Source: Nemertoderma westbladi (taxonomy: Eukaryota; Animalia; Xenacoelomorpha). From it: 35,300 bases of DNA. Location: the NCBI GenBank assembly GCA_032718475.1, contig JAUCBJ010001470.1:1-35300 (forward strand), read 5' to 3'. A program made the translations under genes and the position numbers. The notes beneath the pieces were generated by a model. That model ran no database searches. It worked only from the letters and a program-made list of their open reading frames with translations, and was not told the DNA's origin. This document shows, one piece after another, positions 34,202-35,300 of the stretch. Within the stretch, counting starts at the first letter, position 1, and the number at the start of each line of letters is the position of its first letter.

Positions 34202-35300
34202 GTGTAGGCCTAACTGATGAACAGTATTGCTCTATTTCAGAATACTGAATTAATGATTTTGAGTGTTGTCCTGTTATTTTGAGTGTTGTCCGCAGATGAC
34301 TGTCTATTTTCCTGCGACTTGCCTGCAGGAGCAACTTAGCAGAATTACTTTCACATTCTTTGTGGCCATTTTTGATAATGGTCAACCATTTTAATTTTTT
34401 GACTGTTTGTCGTTACCGTTTTTGAGATGTTGTCACAAATTCCACCTATCCTATTACCAATACCTATTACCAATACCTAATACCTATTATTGTATTAATT
34501 AAGCTAATTAAAGTTAGGCTCAGGCCTGGACATATCAATTTATATTTTAACACCACAAAACAGTTGGAACCACATCTAACACTAGTGTGTCCATGTTGTT
34601 TGCGCTTTTGAAGACCTTTGACAGTTTAACCTGCCAAAATTAGAATGTCTTTTAGATGATATATATTCTTTAGCTTTATGACGAGTATTTGATACACTAC
34701 ATTAGCCGAAGCCAGTCTATGCGCAATCATTCACCCGTTGGATATACCCGGGAGACTGAGTTCGGAGCTTAATGATTGATGGTGTAAGCCTACTGTATTA
34801 TTCGACTGATCGTAATATATAATCTCTGACAAATATTATTCACTTTCGGGAAATATTAACAGTTCCTTTAGGACGTGGCGCTCTAAATATGTAAACAGAG
34901 TTATGACTTAAACTAGTCACAACGAAAAGGCTATAGATTAACGTATATGGCGCATTCTTTAGGAGATGCTTTGTTATCAGTTACAATCCTACACAATGCT
35001 GCACAATACTGCACACTAATCTGCCGACCTTCACTAAATTTGGTCACGTATAAAGAGAGCAACAGACAATTTATGTTGGGCATATGAAATAGCATTAGAT
35101 TCACTTCAAACCACTCAACATAGGTCGCAATCGTTTATCTGTAACCGGTCTCTCTAACCTTTAGTATATCAAGAAGGTGGGGTGTCTGACTATTGATCAG
35201 TATTCCGATATAATAATTCATCAACAAATATAATGAACAACAGACAGCAAAAGCAGTAATATTAATGTATGAATTGCATATAATTAGTTTGGTTAGATTG

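Larger units (their letters stand above)
32648..34446. mobile_element. Long-TIR (foldback-like) non-autonomous DNA element carrying SINE and LINE insertions
   Basis: ~32648-32900 and ~34224-34446 are diverged inverted copies (ggtggaatttgtgacaaca, aaatggttgaccattatcaaaaatggccaca, ggcaagtcgcaggaaaa, aattcagtattctg); TA on both flanks. Confidence 0.8.

Overview
AT-rich, intron-containing metazoan (probably invertebrate) genomic DNA; no prokaryotic features and no CRISPR. Three host genes were reconstructed by hand from splice signals and protein similarity. (1) The 3' end of a SCAMP gene (+) with three tandem 118-nt paralogous exons for the last transmembrane segment (candidate mutually exclusive exons) and a terminal exon at 5347-5487. 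(2) A complete 12-exon endosomal Na+/H+ exchanger (SLC9A6/7/9-like, +, 15756-29567, ~723 aa) containing a U12-type intron. (3) A 2-coding-exon mitochondrial 2,4-dienoyl-CoA reductase (DECR1, -, 327 aa) nested antisense in intron 6 of the exchanger. The most unusual signal is that in two unrelated genes the 3' splice junction itself (pyrimidine tract-CAG|GT plus the first exon codons) has been amplified into a tandem array lying directly before the true exon: ~85 copies in SCAMP and 9 in the exchanger. A third array (49 x 28 bp) with an acceptor-like unit starts just after the exchanger stop codon. The rest is a nest of LINE fragments, a tRNA-derived SINE and several TIR elements. All coordinates, counts and family assignments are manual and unverified by database search.
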